DNA of 63,325 bases, filler included, from Dimorphilus gyrociliatus (taxonomy: Eukaryota > Animalia > Annelida), in NCBI GenBank assembly GCA_904063045.1. It is 3 parts of 3 records of this genome, joined end to end, with 100 filler letters (N's around TTAATTAATTAA, not from the genome) between each part and the next. Parts side by side here need not be neighbours in the genome. Positions count along the whole stretch, not along the records: positions 50,802 to 63,325 come from CAJFCJ010000252.1; 2 more parts are not named here. One strand, written 5' to 3'. Below the pieces are notes generated by a model that worked only from the letters and a program-made list of their open reading frames with translations, had not been told where the DNA came from and searched no databases. Shown here in pieces: positions 62,796-63,325 of this stretch (position 1 is its first letter; the number at the start of each line of letters is the position of its first letter). The translations under genes were made by a program, and so were the position numbers.

Positions 62796-63325
62796 TTGGC
62801 TATGCTTTCCTGCAAAAACTACCTAACTAAAAAACATAATCCGAAACCTTTCAACTCAAAATCTTAACCTTAAACATCTCATACATTGACATTTTCTGCC
62901 TACTACAAACATCAAACCTTCAAGATAATTTTGGCCTATGAGACTACCACAGATTTGTTTTCTGCAAAAGATGATAAAAATTGATTAGAAAGGAAAGAGC
63001 CAAATTAAGGATTAGACTTTTTGATTTTATTTTTTTCATGAAGAAAATTCCTTAGTTGTAATATATTGAAAATAAATGGATTCAATGCTGAATTTATGGG
63101 GATAAAAAAGACAAATATCCATTGATAAGTTTCCTTTTCCAATGGACTCATATTGAAAACAGCTAAAGAACCTTTTTTTCAAGATCAAGCATTAATTTCT
63201 TCTTTTAATGATTAAAATATTGAAAAATTTAGCCTACTTAATAAAAGAATTGGTATCCAAGCTACAATTTTTATTGTTACTACTAAACATGTAGTAAGAT
63301 AACTGATAAATAATTTGCATTCAAA

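Overview
AT-rich, gene-dense metazoan genomic DNA with very short introns (about 57-85 nt) and two 100-bp scaffold gaps carrying a synthetic TTAATTAATTAA spacer. It looks like a compact lophotrochozoan, possibly annelid, genome (inference). The window is a fast-evolving immunity/chemosensory neighbourhood with many pseudogenes. Main contents: (1) three intronless RING/B-box/coiled-coil genes whose C-terminus is an RI-type leucine-rich-repeat array ('TRIM-LRR'; one intact, one running into a gap, one decayed). (2) A ~2320-aa NLR (death-fold/NACHT/LRR) ending in 19 tandem 57-aa LRR pairs with the same 28/29-residue alternation as the TRIM-LRRs. (3) Two tandem DEG/ENaC channels with a very large extracellular insert (~500 aa in the complete copy) and a shared ~750-bp near-identical tract. 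(4) Two intronless class A GPCRs, a paraoxonase, PAN/apple, F-type-lectin-like and discoidin/FaMeT-like secreted-protein genes, and several decayed LDLa-LRR-7TM (GRL101-like) receptors. (5) A Tc1 fragment, a Ty3/Gypsy pol relic beside an antisense env-like relic, and nine Mutator-type MITE copies with telomere-like TTAGGG cores, five of them with 9-bp TSDs. The best candidate for an undescribed system is the TRIM-LRR family sharing its LRR architecture with the neighbouring giant NLR. All calls come from motif recognition by eye; no searches were run. Some frameshifts may be assembly indel errors.
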